A DNA stretch of 47,081 nucleotides, taken from contig WELB01000013.1 in the NCBI GenBank assembly GCA_009602725.1, positions 1,121,732 through 1,168,812 of the forward strand, read 5' to 3'. Below are positions 23,453-35,934 of the stretch, in pieces. The translations under genes were made by a program, and so were the position numbers. Position 1 is the first letter of the stretch. The number at the start of each line of letters is the position of its first letter. This DNA is from Spirogloea muscicola (taxonomy: Eukaryota). Under the pieces are notes generated by a model. It made no database searches. It was not told the origin of the DNA and saw nothing but the letters and a program-made list of their open reading frames with translations.

Positions 23453-26400
23453 GCCGCCGCGGCAGCGACGGCGCGGCGGGCGCCGAGGAGTCGCCGCCGG
23501 CGCTGGCCTGCGTGCGCTGCAGCAAGCCCGCGAGCCTGCAGTGCGTGGCGCAGCCTTCCCATGGCCGCTGCCGGCTTCCATTGCCACGTTCCGGCGGCGG
23601 CGGCGGGAGCTGAGGCGGCAGCGCCTGCGCGCGCAGGTGCCCCAAGTGCCTGGAGCTGACGCTGCCCAAGGCCAACGCCGCCTTCTGGTCCGTGCCCTCC
23701 CGCCGCCATCGCTGAGCCCGCCGGCGGCAGCGCTGGGCTCGCTTAGCGGCGGCCTGATGCTCACCAAGGCGGCGCGAGGACGGCGGCGCAGCTCCCAGGC
23801 GTGCTTCAAGGACTCGTGGGCTGCGCACAAGGGCGTGCACAAGGCGGCTGGCACCGGCAGGGGCCTGCAGCTGGCCGGCGGCGGCGGCTGCATGGATCCC
23901 CTGGTCGCCGAGGCGCTGGCCCTCGGGTGGCTCTACTGCCTGCGCAAGGGCCAGGCGCGCTCGGCTACGCTTCCGGCCTTCGACTGGACCGGGTGGGTGT
24001 TGTCCCTCCGGGCTGCGACGCGGCGGGCCTTGTTAGATTCGTGTTCATTTCGTGGCGCAGACACGGGTTCAAATCCCGTGAGGGTTATGAAGAAGTCTAT
24101 CAGATATGATACTGCCATGACGCCAACTGTGAGGCAGGGGGCTCTGTGCTTCAGCGACGGTCTGACAGCCCACCTTACTTCGGGCCTGTGCAGGTCGCTG
24201 AGGCCGTACCCCATCTCCCCCCGCCGCCCAGTACCTGACCATATACCTCGCCCAGATTGGTCTGCCACGGTATGGCCCAATCGTTTACCCGCTGAGCAGG
24301 TTGACTCTGACGTGCCGCATGCAGCTCTCTTGGGTCATCCTTGATGGTGGTGGGATCTGACTTACTGGCCTGGCGTGCTGCCGCAGGGAAGGCCGGAGGA
24401 AGAACCCATCAGCCCCTGGCAGAACAGCGTAGAGGTCATTGCAGCAGAACCCTGTGCTGGCCAGGGCCTGTGTTGCAAATGCCACGCCGGTTGTTGTCCT
24501 GTCCTCTTGCATTGTCAGGGCTCTCGTTCAGCTTGCACTTGTCTTCCCAGTACACCGCCTTCCTCAGTCCAGCAGCTCAACAGGCCAGCTTCCATTCTTG
24601 GTGCTGTCTCTTGAGTCTGTCAAGCCATCCGTGGCGTTTGGTTTGCAGATTAAGAACGCGGAGCAAATTAGAAGGATGCGGCAAGTCTGCGTGGTGAGCA
24701 TGCGCATTCTGCAGCAGAATAACAATGCAGGCGAGGCGCTTAGCCATCTGCATGAGGTCTAGATGACCTACTTGGGCTTGCTTTGCCTATTAAGCCCGGT
24801 TGCAATGCGTGGCCCCTATATTGCATGCGCAGGTGGCAAGGGAAGTCCTTGACGTGGCTGCGCGCGTCATTCGGCCGGGCATCACCACTGACGAGATTGA
24901 TCGCTGCGTGCACGAGGCAACCACAGCAGCTGGTACTGTGCATAGAGCGGAGGCCTGCGTGCCTTGCCGCATCGCCGATTTCAGGACTTAGGGTGACCTA
25001 AGGAGCCAGTCAGCCCAGCCCTGACCATGGGTTGGTGGCGCAGGCGGCTATCCTTCACCTTTGAACTATCACTTCTTCCCAAAGTCCTGCTGCACGTGAG
25101 TACGCCGAGGAGGTCCTGCCCTGCATGCAACCCTTTCACACCATGAAGGCACTCTTGATGGTGGCTGCTGTGGGCCAATAAGGGCAGTGGCAAGGCTTAC
25201 ATGTCTCAGTACTCAGTGGCCAGGCTCTCAGCAGTTATTGCTTTCTGGGCAGGTCGGTGAACGAAGTGATCTGCCACGGCATCCCGGATGCTAGGTTGGT
25301 TGCTGACATTGCGCCATAAATGTGGCTTACATCCTGATTTTGAACCAACTCTATAATGTTAATGTACTGGTTACAGCCGATGAGCACTCCCTGCCAGCTT
25401 GACTCAGAATCTTGTTGGTGTGGCAAAGGAAGTTGGAGGACGGAGACATTGTCAACGTGGACGTGACAGTCTACCTTGACGGCTTCCATGGTCTCAATTC
25501 ACCCTCCTTTGAGCTCAGAGAGCTGCAACAATGCTTGTAGCATACAGCAGACTTCTCTGCCAAGATCTTGTGTTGGACCAAGTGCTCTGGAGGGATGTCA
25601 ATCGTGCTCGTGTTGCGTCTGCAATGGAGTGGTGCTATTACTCAATCGTGCTACGTGCTTTCTGATGTGATGCCAATGTGCAGGGGACTTGAATGAGACC
25701 TTTTTTGTGGGCGAGGTTGATGAAGCATCTCAAAAGTTGGTGCAGGCCACATACGAATGCTTAGAGAAAGCAATAGCAATTGGTGGGTTGCTCGTGAAGA
25801 CCATTCTCTCTTGGAGCAACTTGTGCTGCAATGCTGTGCTGGTGCAATTGAGGAGTCACACTCTAGCTCAAAAGCACGTGCTGTTGCAGTTAAGCCTGGA
25901 GTACGGTTTCGAGAAGTAGGCGAGGTGATCAGCCGCCATGCGACCCTGGCTGGTGTTTCTGTGGTTGGTTCTGAAGCCAATCCCTCCTCTGCCTGACGAG
26001 TCCAGTTGAGATTGCAAATTTATCCAGCCAGCTTTGCTGTGCGACTGTACTTCCCTTGTGTTATTGAGGATGCAAAAGGGTGTAGTCTCCCGTTTACTTG
26101 CTGCAGCTCTTAGCATTGTCTTCTAGAGCTCGCATAAGAGCAACTTGGCTCACATAAGTAGACAAGCTGAAATCATCGATTACGGTGCAGGTGAAGTCTT
26201 ACTGTGGGCATGGCATCGGCGAGCTGTTTCATTGTGCACCCAACATACCACACTATGCTAGTATGTTATATGCTCCTCCCGGCAGACCTTGTCGCATATG
26301 ATTTGCACAACTTTCTATTCCCCTTTCTGCCTGCAGTCTCCTCTTACTAGGTCATACCTGTAGGAGCTCCCTTGCTTATTGGTAGCACTGTTGAAAGCAT

Positions 26401-27179
26401 TCCAGATTTTCTTGTTGCCTGCCTGCCGCTGTTGCTCCAGTCTACCTTAGATTCCAAACGGCACCCCTTCATTCGTGTCTGCCATATCCTGCCATTGTGA
26501 TTTTGCAAGCTGCTTGATTTTGCAAGCTGCTTGAAAATCTGCAGAGAACAAGGCTGTCGGGGTGATAAAAGCAGGTCAAACATTCACTATTGAGCCCATG
26601 ATCAATGCCGGTACGAGAGCACACCAACTGAAGCAGAGAGCAATGACCTGCCCAACCTGCCCCTTGCCGAGTTTCCGTTGCGGTTTACACTTGCATGGTG
26701 CAACGAGGGGACAGGAACTCTGAGATGAGACGAGACCAGATGAGGCAGAAGTTGAATGCGTGTTCAGGCCGCGTGTTCATGCTCAGGATGAAATGCTCAG
26801 GATGAAGTGAACTTTGAGGCTTCATCAGCTGCAGTCTTGAACCACTGATTATTTTACCTACCTTTTTGTGGCCAATGGTGCAGGGTCTTGGCGAGATCGC
26901 ATGTGGCCAGATGGCTGGACGTCTGTAACAGCAGATGGCCAGCGGAGCGCACAGTTTGAGCACACGCTGTTGGTCCGTCATTCATACATGAGCTTTCCCT
27001 TGGAGACGTTGTATCCATGTAGCCTGATTGCCGACTTTCTGCTCTTGACATTCTACACGTTGCAGTAAACCCGTCCTTAGGTGCATTTCAAGGTCTTGCA
27101 GGTGACTGACACGGGCTGCGAGGTCTTGACAGCGCGACTACCTAGCTCGCCAGACAGCTACCCCTGGCTAAACACCTGA
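23453..27179 (+). CDS. MAP1A: Cytosolic methionine aminopeptidase 1 with N-terminal zinc finger, ~16 exons, start in gap
   Basis: [17 protein letters not shown]...[75 protein letters not shown]. Confidence 0.96.
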
Positions 27180-27348
27180 AGGGAGTTGCTGCAAGCTCCC
27201 TTGCACTGCAGTTGCTCACAGGGCCTTATAGCACCACGTGCTTCTTTGCGGTTTGTTGCTTCCTCCGCAAATATTGGGGTGTTGAGCTTCTTGTGTAGCA
27301 GATCATTTGACGCAGCAAGCACCTTCTAAGCACTATGGCTGGAGGTTG

Positions 27349-28472
27349 CTAATTGCAAGGGTGTTCAGAGAGTTGTCCTAGTGCACAGATGATGGCAGAT
27401 AACTCACAGTTGCTCTTTGGGGCGAGCTGCGGGGATATAAGCCTGATGGTGTCAAGTGCCAGCTGAGGTTGCCGTGCTACAGCGGCGCGGACACGATGCA
27501 AGTCACCAATGTTAACTATCTCATCATATTGGTAACTTTGTCGGCCTGTTGTGTCAATAATTAGCCAATGAAAGAAGTCTGCTGCATACACTTGCTCAAA
27601 AGATTATCACAGTGAGGTGTCCCGTGCAGTTCCCCGGGAAACACACCTCGGCCTTTGTTGGGCGGCAGTCTGCAAGGGCCTGTGCCTCCGAGGAGGACGT
27701 GATGTGCACCGTGTAGCCAAGTACGGTCTGTGGAAAATATTTTTGGGTTGTCGCATGTCGTCAATGTGGATGCGCAATCGTGTGAGTGCAACCTGGGGAC
27801 TTTGGCCCGGTCTGGCTGGACCAGTGCACAGTGAGTTGGTTCGCACTGCGTCAGTGGGTGTGTAGGCTGAAGAGCCAGCCTGCCAGCGCCTCGTGTCTAG
27901 CCTCTGCGAATGTCCGCCTTCCGACTTGCGGCTGCTAACTAGGCAAGATTGAGCGGCCATCCTTGGTGCGTGCTGGTTCTCATGCGTGCACTACGCTTTC
28001 CGTCTCCTTGGACGTTGTCATCTCTCGTAGGCTTGCCCACTGCGAGTGCTGATTCTCATCCTGCAGAAGGCCGGGGCCGTTCCGTCCGACCAGGACCCCT
28101 TCTTGGACGTGAGCTTCCGCCTCGGGCACTTCCTGGCTGCCGAGTGCACATCCCGCAGAGGCCTGCACACGGGTGTTGTGGTGGGGCAGGACGGCACCGG
28201 CTGTCGTAGGAGGCCGACGCAAGCGCTTGTAGCACAGCGGCGGGCAGGCAGCTACGCAAGCCGTGACGAGGTCGGCGCAGCCGAGGCGGCTTCGTCTGCG
28301 CCGCGGGGAGAGCGCTCTCAAGCGAGTCGGGGCGAGCGGCCAGGCCGAAGGAGAGTGGGGCAGCGCCGCCCAGGCCCCGGGGCGAGGCTCCCGGGCGCCT
28401 CGGCAGCGCAGCCCGGCCGAGGGCTCCAGCGAGAGCGGCAGGCCGCAGGGCGGGGCATGGCGCCCGGACCAT
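27349..28472 (-). CDS. Possible unknown spliced gene with a transit-peptide-like N-terminus
   Basis: ATG at 28472 opens an Arg/Ala/Pro/Leu-rich ~92-codon frame ending at a GT donor. Downstream exon-like segments have AG/GT borders (TVLGYTVHITSSSEAQALADCRPTKAE). No family recognised. Confidence 0.3.
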
Positions 28473-28618
28473 GGCGCCCGCGTTGATAAACCCTGGGTCC
28501 TGGACCCGGCCCAGGGGCGGGGGGGCACGTGGCGCGCGTGCGGCGCGCCCCACGCGAGTCGCCGCCCGTCCTCCCGCCCCCGCCCCGAGTCCGCCCCGAG
28601 TCCAGCCAACCCCCCCCN

Positions 28619-30797
28619 TTCGGCGGCCGTGCGCGACGCCCTGGCGGCGCCGCCCTTCGTGCCGCTGGCAGACCACCTCGAGGCGTCGTCGCCCACGGAC
28701 CCGCCGCCCTGCCCCGCGGCCTCCACGAGCTCCACCTCCAGCCAGGCCGCCTCCGAGGTGCGCGCCCGCCGCGGGCGCCTCTGCCACGGCCCCTCTGTGC
28801 GCTCTTCCGCCTGCAGAAGCCGCTGATGCAGGCCGCCCTCGATGCTCGCAGTGGGCCTCGCCGCGCCGCTCGGAGGACTCGACGTGGGCGGAGCTCCTGC
28901 GAGAGCACGCCGCCGGCGCCGGCGGCGTCGACTGCGACGGGGACTGCGACGCGGCTGCTGCGGAGGCGGAGCCGGCGCACGCCGACTGGGACCTCGACCT
29001 GCGGGAGCTCTTCCTGGGCCCACGCTTCGCGTCAGGCACCTTCGGGCGGCTGTACCACGGCCAGTACCGGCAGCGCGAGGTGGCTGTCAAGATCCTGCGC
29101 CGGCCTGCCGACGCCGACGCTGCCCACATACTGGACCGCCAGTACCACCAGGAAGTGGCCACGCTCTCGCGCCTCCACCATGCCAACGTCATGAAGGTCA
29201 GCTCCCGGCTTCAAGCCGGACCCGCAAACAGGACCGGAACGTGAGAGCGGCCACGCTGCTGCATTGCTGGCCACAGTGGGTTGCAGCCTCGTTGGACCAC
29301 ACACCCCCTACCTGGTCACACCGACAACTCAGCGAGCGGTGCATGCGCTCTTTGCAGCGACCAGTCCTCGGCATGTGACGCTGGCCGTGCCATTCCGCGG
29401 GTGCAGTTTGTGGGCGCCTGCCGGCGGCCGCCAGTGTGGTGCATCGTGACGGAGTACTGCTCGGGCGGCAGCCTCCAGTCTTACATCCAAGACCGCGAGC
29501 CTGGCAGCATCCCTCTTGACAAGGTTGTGGACATGGTGCTCGACATTGCGCGTGGCTTGGACTACCTGCATTCGCAGGTCGGGCAACGCTCCTTCTTCTG
29601 TCCTTCCCTCTTCTGTCCTCCGTGCTGTGTCCTCCTCGATTGATAGGGGTCCTCGGGGCTCCCAATCAACCTGGAAATCTCATTAGTGTCGCCGCTGACA
29701 TTGTCAGCTTGCTTGATGGACTTGCTGCAGACCCCTGCCACTGAGTACTGTCTTTGCTGCATGTGGGCTTCTCTAGAGGCAACCCATGGTGGTGGGCTGG
29801 TGGTTGAGTTGCCAAGGCTTGCATCTTCCTCTACTGCAGGGCATCATCCACCGAGACCTTAAGCCCAGCAATCTGGTGCTGTCTGGCGACGGGGATGTTG
29901 TCATCACTGACTTTGGCGTCTCGCGGCTAGAGGGGGAACCCAACGAGATGACTGCTGAGATTGGAACATACCGCTGGATGGCCCCTGAGGTGGATCTCGC
30001 CCCACATTTGTAATGCAGCTTTGCTCTGATGCTGTCTGCCAGTGCTCAAAGGTTACTGGCAAAGTGATCGTGGGTGAGGGCCGTGCCTGAAAATTGGCCG
30101 ATTGTCTTCTCCATGACCCAGATGATCGACAGCGGGCCATATAATCGCAAGGTTGATGTATACAGTTTTGGACTCGTTCTCTGGGAGCTCATTTCAGGGG
30201 AGGTGCCCTATGAGGGCCTGACTGCCGTGCAGGCCGCTTTTGCAGTTGTCAACAAGGTACTCCAATACGAAACAAGAGATTGCTGTCATGCCTCTCATTA
30301 TCCGTCAAACGACGACATGGCCCCTCCATTCTACAGATGTGCTGCTTACTGTAGCAGCCCTCTTTTCACAGGACGTGCGTCCCATTCCGCCGCCCCGCTG
30401 TCCTCTCCTCCTTGCGAAGCTCATGCAGAGCTGCTGGGATTCGAATCCCGTGCGGCGGCCAGAATTTTCTGAGGTGAGTCGCTACTGGCACGCTAGCCGC
30501 TTGCAGCTCGCAGGGGGCTCTCTGCCACCACCATGGGCATCTGCCGCTCCACCCTCTCCTTTAGGTACAAAAGTGAATGCGAGAAGTTGCAACACCCCAG
30601 CTCACAATAGCAAAGTCTTGCATTTCTGGCCGCGTGCCCAGATTGTGCAGACCCTGGAAGCCGTGCGAGAACGGCTGGCGAGGGGGGGCAGCCCGCTGCG
30701 CCTGGTCGAGTCCTCTGACTATCTGCACCGCAAGAGCAAGCTGTTCAGCTGCTTTTCCAGGAGAGGCTTGTCAATGGTTGAGAATGACCTCGTCTAG
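28619..30797 (+). CDS. Group C Raf-like (STY) MAPKKK, HT1/Raf36-like, 7 visible exons, start at or before the N at 28618
   Basis: [84 protein letters not shown]. Confidence 0.9.
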
Positions 30798-31967
30798 GTG
30801 TAACCTGGCCAGCAAGTGGCCTACACCAAGTCGGGCTGAGACTTGAAGGAGTCTTGTACAGTGCGCCAACTTTTGCAGCAGTCTCTGGCTGAAAACCCTC
30901 CTGCAGTGCATCTATCATGCCACTGTGAGCCAGTGAGCTTGCAACATTCATTCATTGCGAGGGGCTCTGGAGCGTCGTGCCCAGCTCAATGACCCTGCCC
31001 TTCGTGCGAGCCCCAGCAAGAAGCCCTGCTCGTGTGTCATTGAGACACTTGTACTTTATCTTTGAGAGTGTATTATTTGTTCAGAATAAAGAGTTGCTTC
31101 CTGCAGATGCAACGGCTACATTGTTTGTGGCAGTTGATGCCTACTATGGTGGCCTGGTGGTTGCGGCTGCTGTCTGGAAATCAAGCTGCACTGGAGACCT
31201 GCAGTGCACTTTGACTGTGAGGAGTAAGCAGCAGGTTCACAAGCGAACCTGAGTATGAGCTCGGCCAAGTGGAGAATCTGTGGTGGCACTGCTTCAAGGA
31301 CTGGCGAAATAATCTGCATAGAGGCCAGAGGAATCAACTACGCTTGTGGTACACTTCTCGCGAGCCCTGCCAAAGCTAGCTGTGCGAGCTACTTGGGAAG
31401 TGGCCCCCGGCAGCCTTCTTAAGAGCAGGCGCCCAGGCGCTGGTAAGTTATTGTGGCCTCCATCTCCAGTGTGTATTGATTGATGGAGGGCCTGAGTGGC
31501 CAAGTACAACGGCAAGCACATTGACAGATGTACATCACATGATTGCATCTCCAGTCTCAAAGGCAAACGAAGTAACTGCCTTCTTTTCCGAGGAGCAGGC
31601 CGCGGAACCCGCCCATTGAGCTGCTGCTTCAGCCGGTTGTTCGCAAGCTGCTCACTGAGGCTTCAGCGGTCACATCCGTTTCGCAGCAGCAGAGGCGCAG
31701 CAGATACTTCGGGCGGCCGTCTCTGCAAGGGCCTGGACGACCTCGTCCTCCTTGAAAGTTTTCTTGCTCTGCCTGCCCTTGTCTTCCACGATCAACAACC
31801 TGTACCTTCTGCAGTTTGTGCCTGTCCTTCATGTCCTACAGCCATCACTTCCAGTCTTGATGTGGGAGGACCGGCAGACCGTCCTCGTCTTGGCGCAGAT
31901 GCGGACGCAGACGCAGACGCACTCATGATCACAAAGGGTCCAGAGTAGCACAAAGACTTGCCTGATT

Positions 31968-32070
31968 ACACACAGCGCCGGTGAGCACTCAGCTCCACCT
32001 GGCCGCACACAGAGCTGGCAGGCACACAGCGCCGCCTCGCCGCACACAGAGCCGTCGCGCACACAGAGCC
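31968..32070. repeat. Six spaced copies of a degenerate 12-mer, GCACACAG(A/C)GCC
   Basis: Copies are separated by 5-8 nt spacers, and one copy is degenerate. Confidence 0.6.
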
Positions 32071-32957
32071 ACGAGATCGTTCGGGCCACTGATGCAGCCT
32101 GCCGGGGCCTCCCTTATTTAGGGAGACACTCTCATCGGCCTAGCAGAAAGGGCGAAATGGGTGATTCTACCGACCTACTGATTCACCATGTTTCTATAAT
32201 CAACACTCCTCACCTCAGAAACCAGTGGCAGCAGCAAAGCGACACTGCGGCCCCAGCTCGACGACCGGCTCACCAGACTGAGCGTCGTCAATTTCAGCAG
32301 CTCACTGGCACTCAAGCCCTCCCTCGCTTGACGAGCTCGGTCAAGCCGCCATGCTGAAGCTGTCATGCATCCGCTTCCCTGGAGTCTAACCCCAGCAGCT
32401 CGACCCTGCTCGCCATCCTCGACTTCTCCTGTCTGGCCTCATGCCTGTCTGGCCCCATGCGCAGGAAGCAGCATGAATCTGCAAGTGCTTGGGCTTGACC
32501 ACAAGGAGCTCTCCTTGGGCCTCTGCCAACCGCTTTCGAGGCTGCCATGGAGCTTCAGCTGCTGGTGGGTAGCAACAGCCTGTTAAAACGGTGCTCATGC
32601 AGGCCCGTAACAGCCCCCTCTGCAGCTTCGACTGGCATCTCACATGGGCGGCATGCTACCATAATGGCAACAAGTACATGCCGTTGCATAACAATCGCTA
32701 AGCGCCTCCTGCACTCGACTACAAGCCCGTCAACTCACTATAAGGACACACTCAGCCCTCTAGAGACCACCTCACATTTATCGGTAACCAGGGACACGTG
32801 CCTCAAGGCCTAGGTCCAAGACCTGCCACCCTGACCCGAGCATCACATGTGCGCAGCTCACTGCCACCTGAACTCTGGCAGCAATGGCAAGCACCAAGCT
32901 GGCTCGCTCAGGCCCACGTTGGCAGCTACGGTCAAGCACGAGCGCCAAAGTGGCCAG

Positions 32958-35526
32958 CTAGCCCAGGCCCTTGGCGCGCTTAATGAGATCCTCCTTCTCT
33001 GCAAGCCCGACATATGGGATACCCCTCGCATCCAGGTAGCCCTTCAAATCCCGCACAGACATGTGGTCGACATCGGCCTGCCACAATGAGAGAGAGCTCT
33101 TTGAAGAAAGTAGATCTGAGTGAGCCCAAGGAGTAGCCACAGTCTACAAGCACTACTGGATTGAGAGCAGTAGGATGATGACAAGGGCCACTCACATTGG
33201 CAGTTGGCTGGTGGGGCTGTGTTGACGGCTGCTGGCCTGGTGTGTGAGCGGCAGAAGCATGAGCCGCTTGCGGCGCTGCCTGGCCATACGCCGGGTACGG
33301 CTGCGCCGGCTGACTATATGGCGGCGGCTGGTAGCCAGCGCCAGGCGGTGGCCTCGGATACGTCTGCTGGTACTGTGGTGGCACACCATATGCCCCTGGC
33401 GGGGGCTGGCCGTATCCATACGCGCCCGGCGGCACATACGGCCCGCCGCCGGGCCCTGGATAACTGCCAGACGCTTGCTGCGGGTATGCAAATGGAGGTG
33501 GCTGCGCGGCATAGGCCCCGCCTGGATAGCCTCCACCGGGGTAGCCGCCACCCGCCGGCGCATAACCGGCCTGCTGGTAGGCCGGGTTACTTGTGGTGAA
33601 TAGTGGAGGGGCGGCAGAGGCGCCAGGGAAGTTCCCTCCACCGGCAGTCGAGAACGGTGGTGCTCCCCCGGAAGCGGGCGCCGCCGAGGACGATGAGGCG
33701 TAGTGGAACGGCAGACTTGTCTTCCGCGTGTACTTGCTCTTTGCGCCCTGCTTGCGGCCGGGGCCCTCCGCTCCCGGACCAACTCCCAATCAGTCAAGAA
33801 CATGTGCTGCGCCATGCTGTGGCGCTCTTATACAACAGCCTTCCAACAATTTCAGTTTCGCAGGAGTGGGCCGGGGCGGGAGAAGCTTACCCGCAGGATT
33901 TGACCAAGCTTCTTGAGCGCCTTGGCACGCGCCGTGCGCACGTCGCCCTTCACAGTGTTGTCTGTCAGCACCTGCAAAGAGACGATGACACCATCCGCAG
34001 AAGCTGCCACGTCAGCAGAGATGATGCAACTAGGCTGTGCTCCGCAAGTACGACACAGGGGTTGTTCCTATCTTAGGCAAGCCACAAACAAGCATCAAGA
34101 CCAGCTGTGTTTCATTGATTCGTCAAATCATTGGTTCGTAGATTGCGCGAATGATGTACAGACCAAAGGTGATCCAACAACTCATATTGTTACAAAAAAC
34201 ACGGACTAACACTGTGTCAAAACGACAGAGCCCATCGGGGTCAGTGCAGCGGCGATGAGACTCACGCGCATGGACACGGTATTAAGTGTGCCCTCAATGT
34301 CGACAACGTTGAGCTTCCAGAGCGACTCAAGCATCTGGTCCTGCTTGGCCTCAACATACTGCGCAACAGCCGCCTCATTCACATGGCCCGCCCCGAACTG
34401 CCGCTTCATGTCCTCTTGCATCTGCATCAGCTGAACGGCTCCAGTGGCGGCTGTGAACTGTGTCTTGATGCCGTGGCCCTTGTCTCGCATCCACTCAGCC
34501 ACAAATGGCATGCCGAGCATCAGCGGGTTCTTGCCCAGCTGCCGCGCAGCAGCGCGCTCGTAGATGTACCCAATGGTTGCCAGCATCGCCTCCCCAAATG
34601 CTGCCACAACGGCAGCAACGGGGCGGGCCCGCAGGTCAGATCGAGTCCAATCCTGCCGACCCATAGTCGAGGCTCGCCGCCAGGAGGCCGGCTAGAAGCG
34701 CAGAGGAAATGCGTACCGGCGTTGGCGAGGCGCTCAGCCTCGGCGGTGGCCTCGGCGACAAAGCCGTCCTTGTCGCCCAGGACATACTTCTGGAGGCGGT
34801 CCTTGAGCAGCTGGACGAGCTTGTCCTCGCGCTCGCGTTGGAACACTCTGAGCTTCTCGCGCAGCTCGCGCTGCTGCAGCTGGGCGCCGCCCGGGCCGGT
34901 GCCACCCGTCTCAACGGCGATGTTTGCCACCTGCGCCATGGCCAGCTGCCCGACATAGTCCTCAAACATGTCGCTGCCGAATAGCATTCCAAAAACCGCC
35001 GCAGGGTCCATCATCGTGTCCCTGCAAGCGGCGCCCAGCAGTATCGTCACGTCAGCGGGATCACAGATGGCGCTGGCATGTGGTGGATAAGGAGGGAAGA
35101 GGTCACAGCCGAGGCTAAGGGCGCGGCCTGTCTCCGGGTGATACGTACGTAGAGATGCCGCCCTTGCCACTGCGGTCGTAGATCTCGCGCTGCTGCGGGT
35201 CGCTCAGCACCTGGTACGCCTCGCCCAGCAGCTGTTGCAGGAGCAGCAGGGACAGCGGGAGGCGTGCGGAGGAGGTGAGGACAGCAGGTAGAGGAAGCTC
35301 GCCAGAGAGGGGCAGGCAAGTCCTCGGCGACGGCTGTGGCGATGGCCTCAGCGTTCGGCAGAGGAGCGGGATCGCCCGAGGATGGCGGCGGCGGTGGCAC
35401 TGGCCTGGAACTTGTGGGCGGCCTCGGGGTCGTTGGGGTTCTTGTCCGGGTGGACCTTGCGGGCCTGCCGCAGCAAAGCAAGCAGCGCCCGAGTGTCAGC
35501 AGCCCGGACGGGGGCAGTGCAAGCTC

Positions 35527-35566
<40 letters not shown>

Positions 35567-35677
35567 AGCGAGGCCCGCCGCTCTCACCTGGACGTAGTAA
35601 GCCTTCTTGATGGCGGCGGCGTCCGCATCCGGCGGCACGCCCAGCAGGTCGTAGAACTCCGTCTCCTTGACGCCCAT
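32958..35677 (-). CDS. DnaJ protein with X-domain (ATJ10/Djp1-like), Pro/Gly/Tyr/Gln-rich linker and short C-terminal helical module, 8 exons
   Basis: [76 protein letters not shown], and final exon [27 protein letters not shown]. Confidence 0.92.
35528..35563 (-). repeat. (GCC)n tract in the first intron of the DnaJ gene; similar tracts at 23008-23045, 36050-36091, 40168-40235
   Basis: Trinucleotide runs seen directly. Confidence 0.85.
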
Positions 35678-35744
35678 GGCGCCGTCGACGGCGGCGGCGG
35701 CGTCGGCGGCGGGCGCCCCGGAGGCGCCTTGGCCGGCGCCGGCG

Positions 35745-35800
<56 letters not shown>

Positions 35801-35801
35801 N

Positions 35802-35869
<68 letters not shown>

Positions 35870-35934
35870 NNNNNNNNNNNNNNNNNNNNNNNNNNNNNNN
35901 NNNNNNNNNNNNNNNNNNNNNNNNNNNNNNNNNN

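Noticed and set aside
26499..26532. 17-bp intronic tandem duplication (also ~21-bp at 43431-43472)
   Set aside because: Ordinary slippage duplications.
30900..32900. Short ORFs between the kinase and DnaJ genes
   Set aside because: No recognisable motifs and no consistent exon chain.
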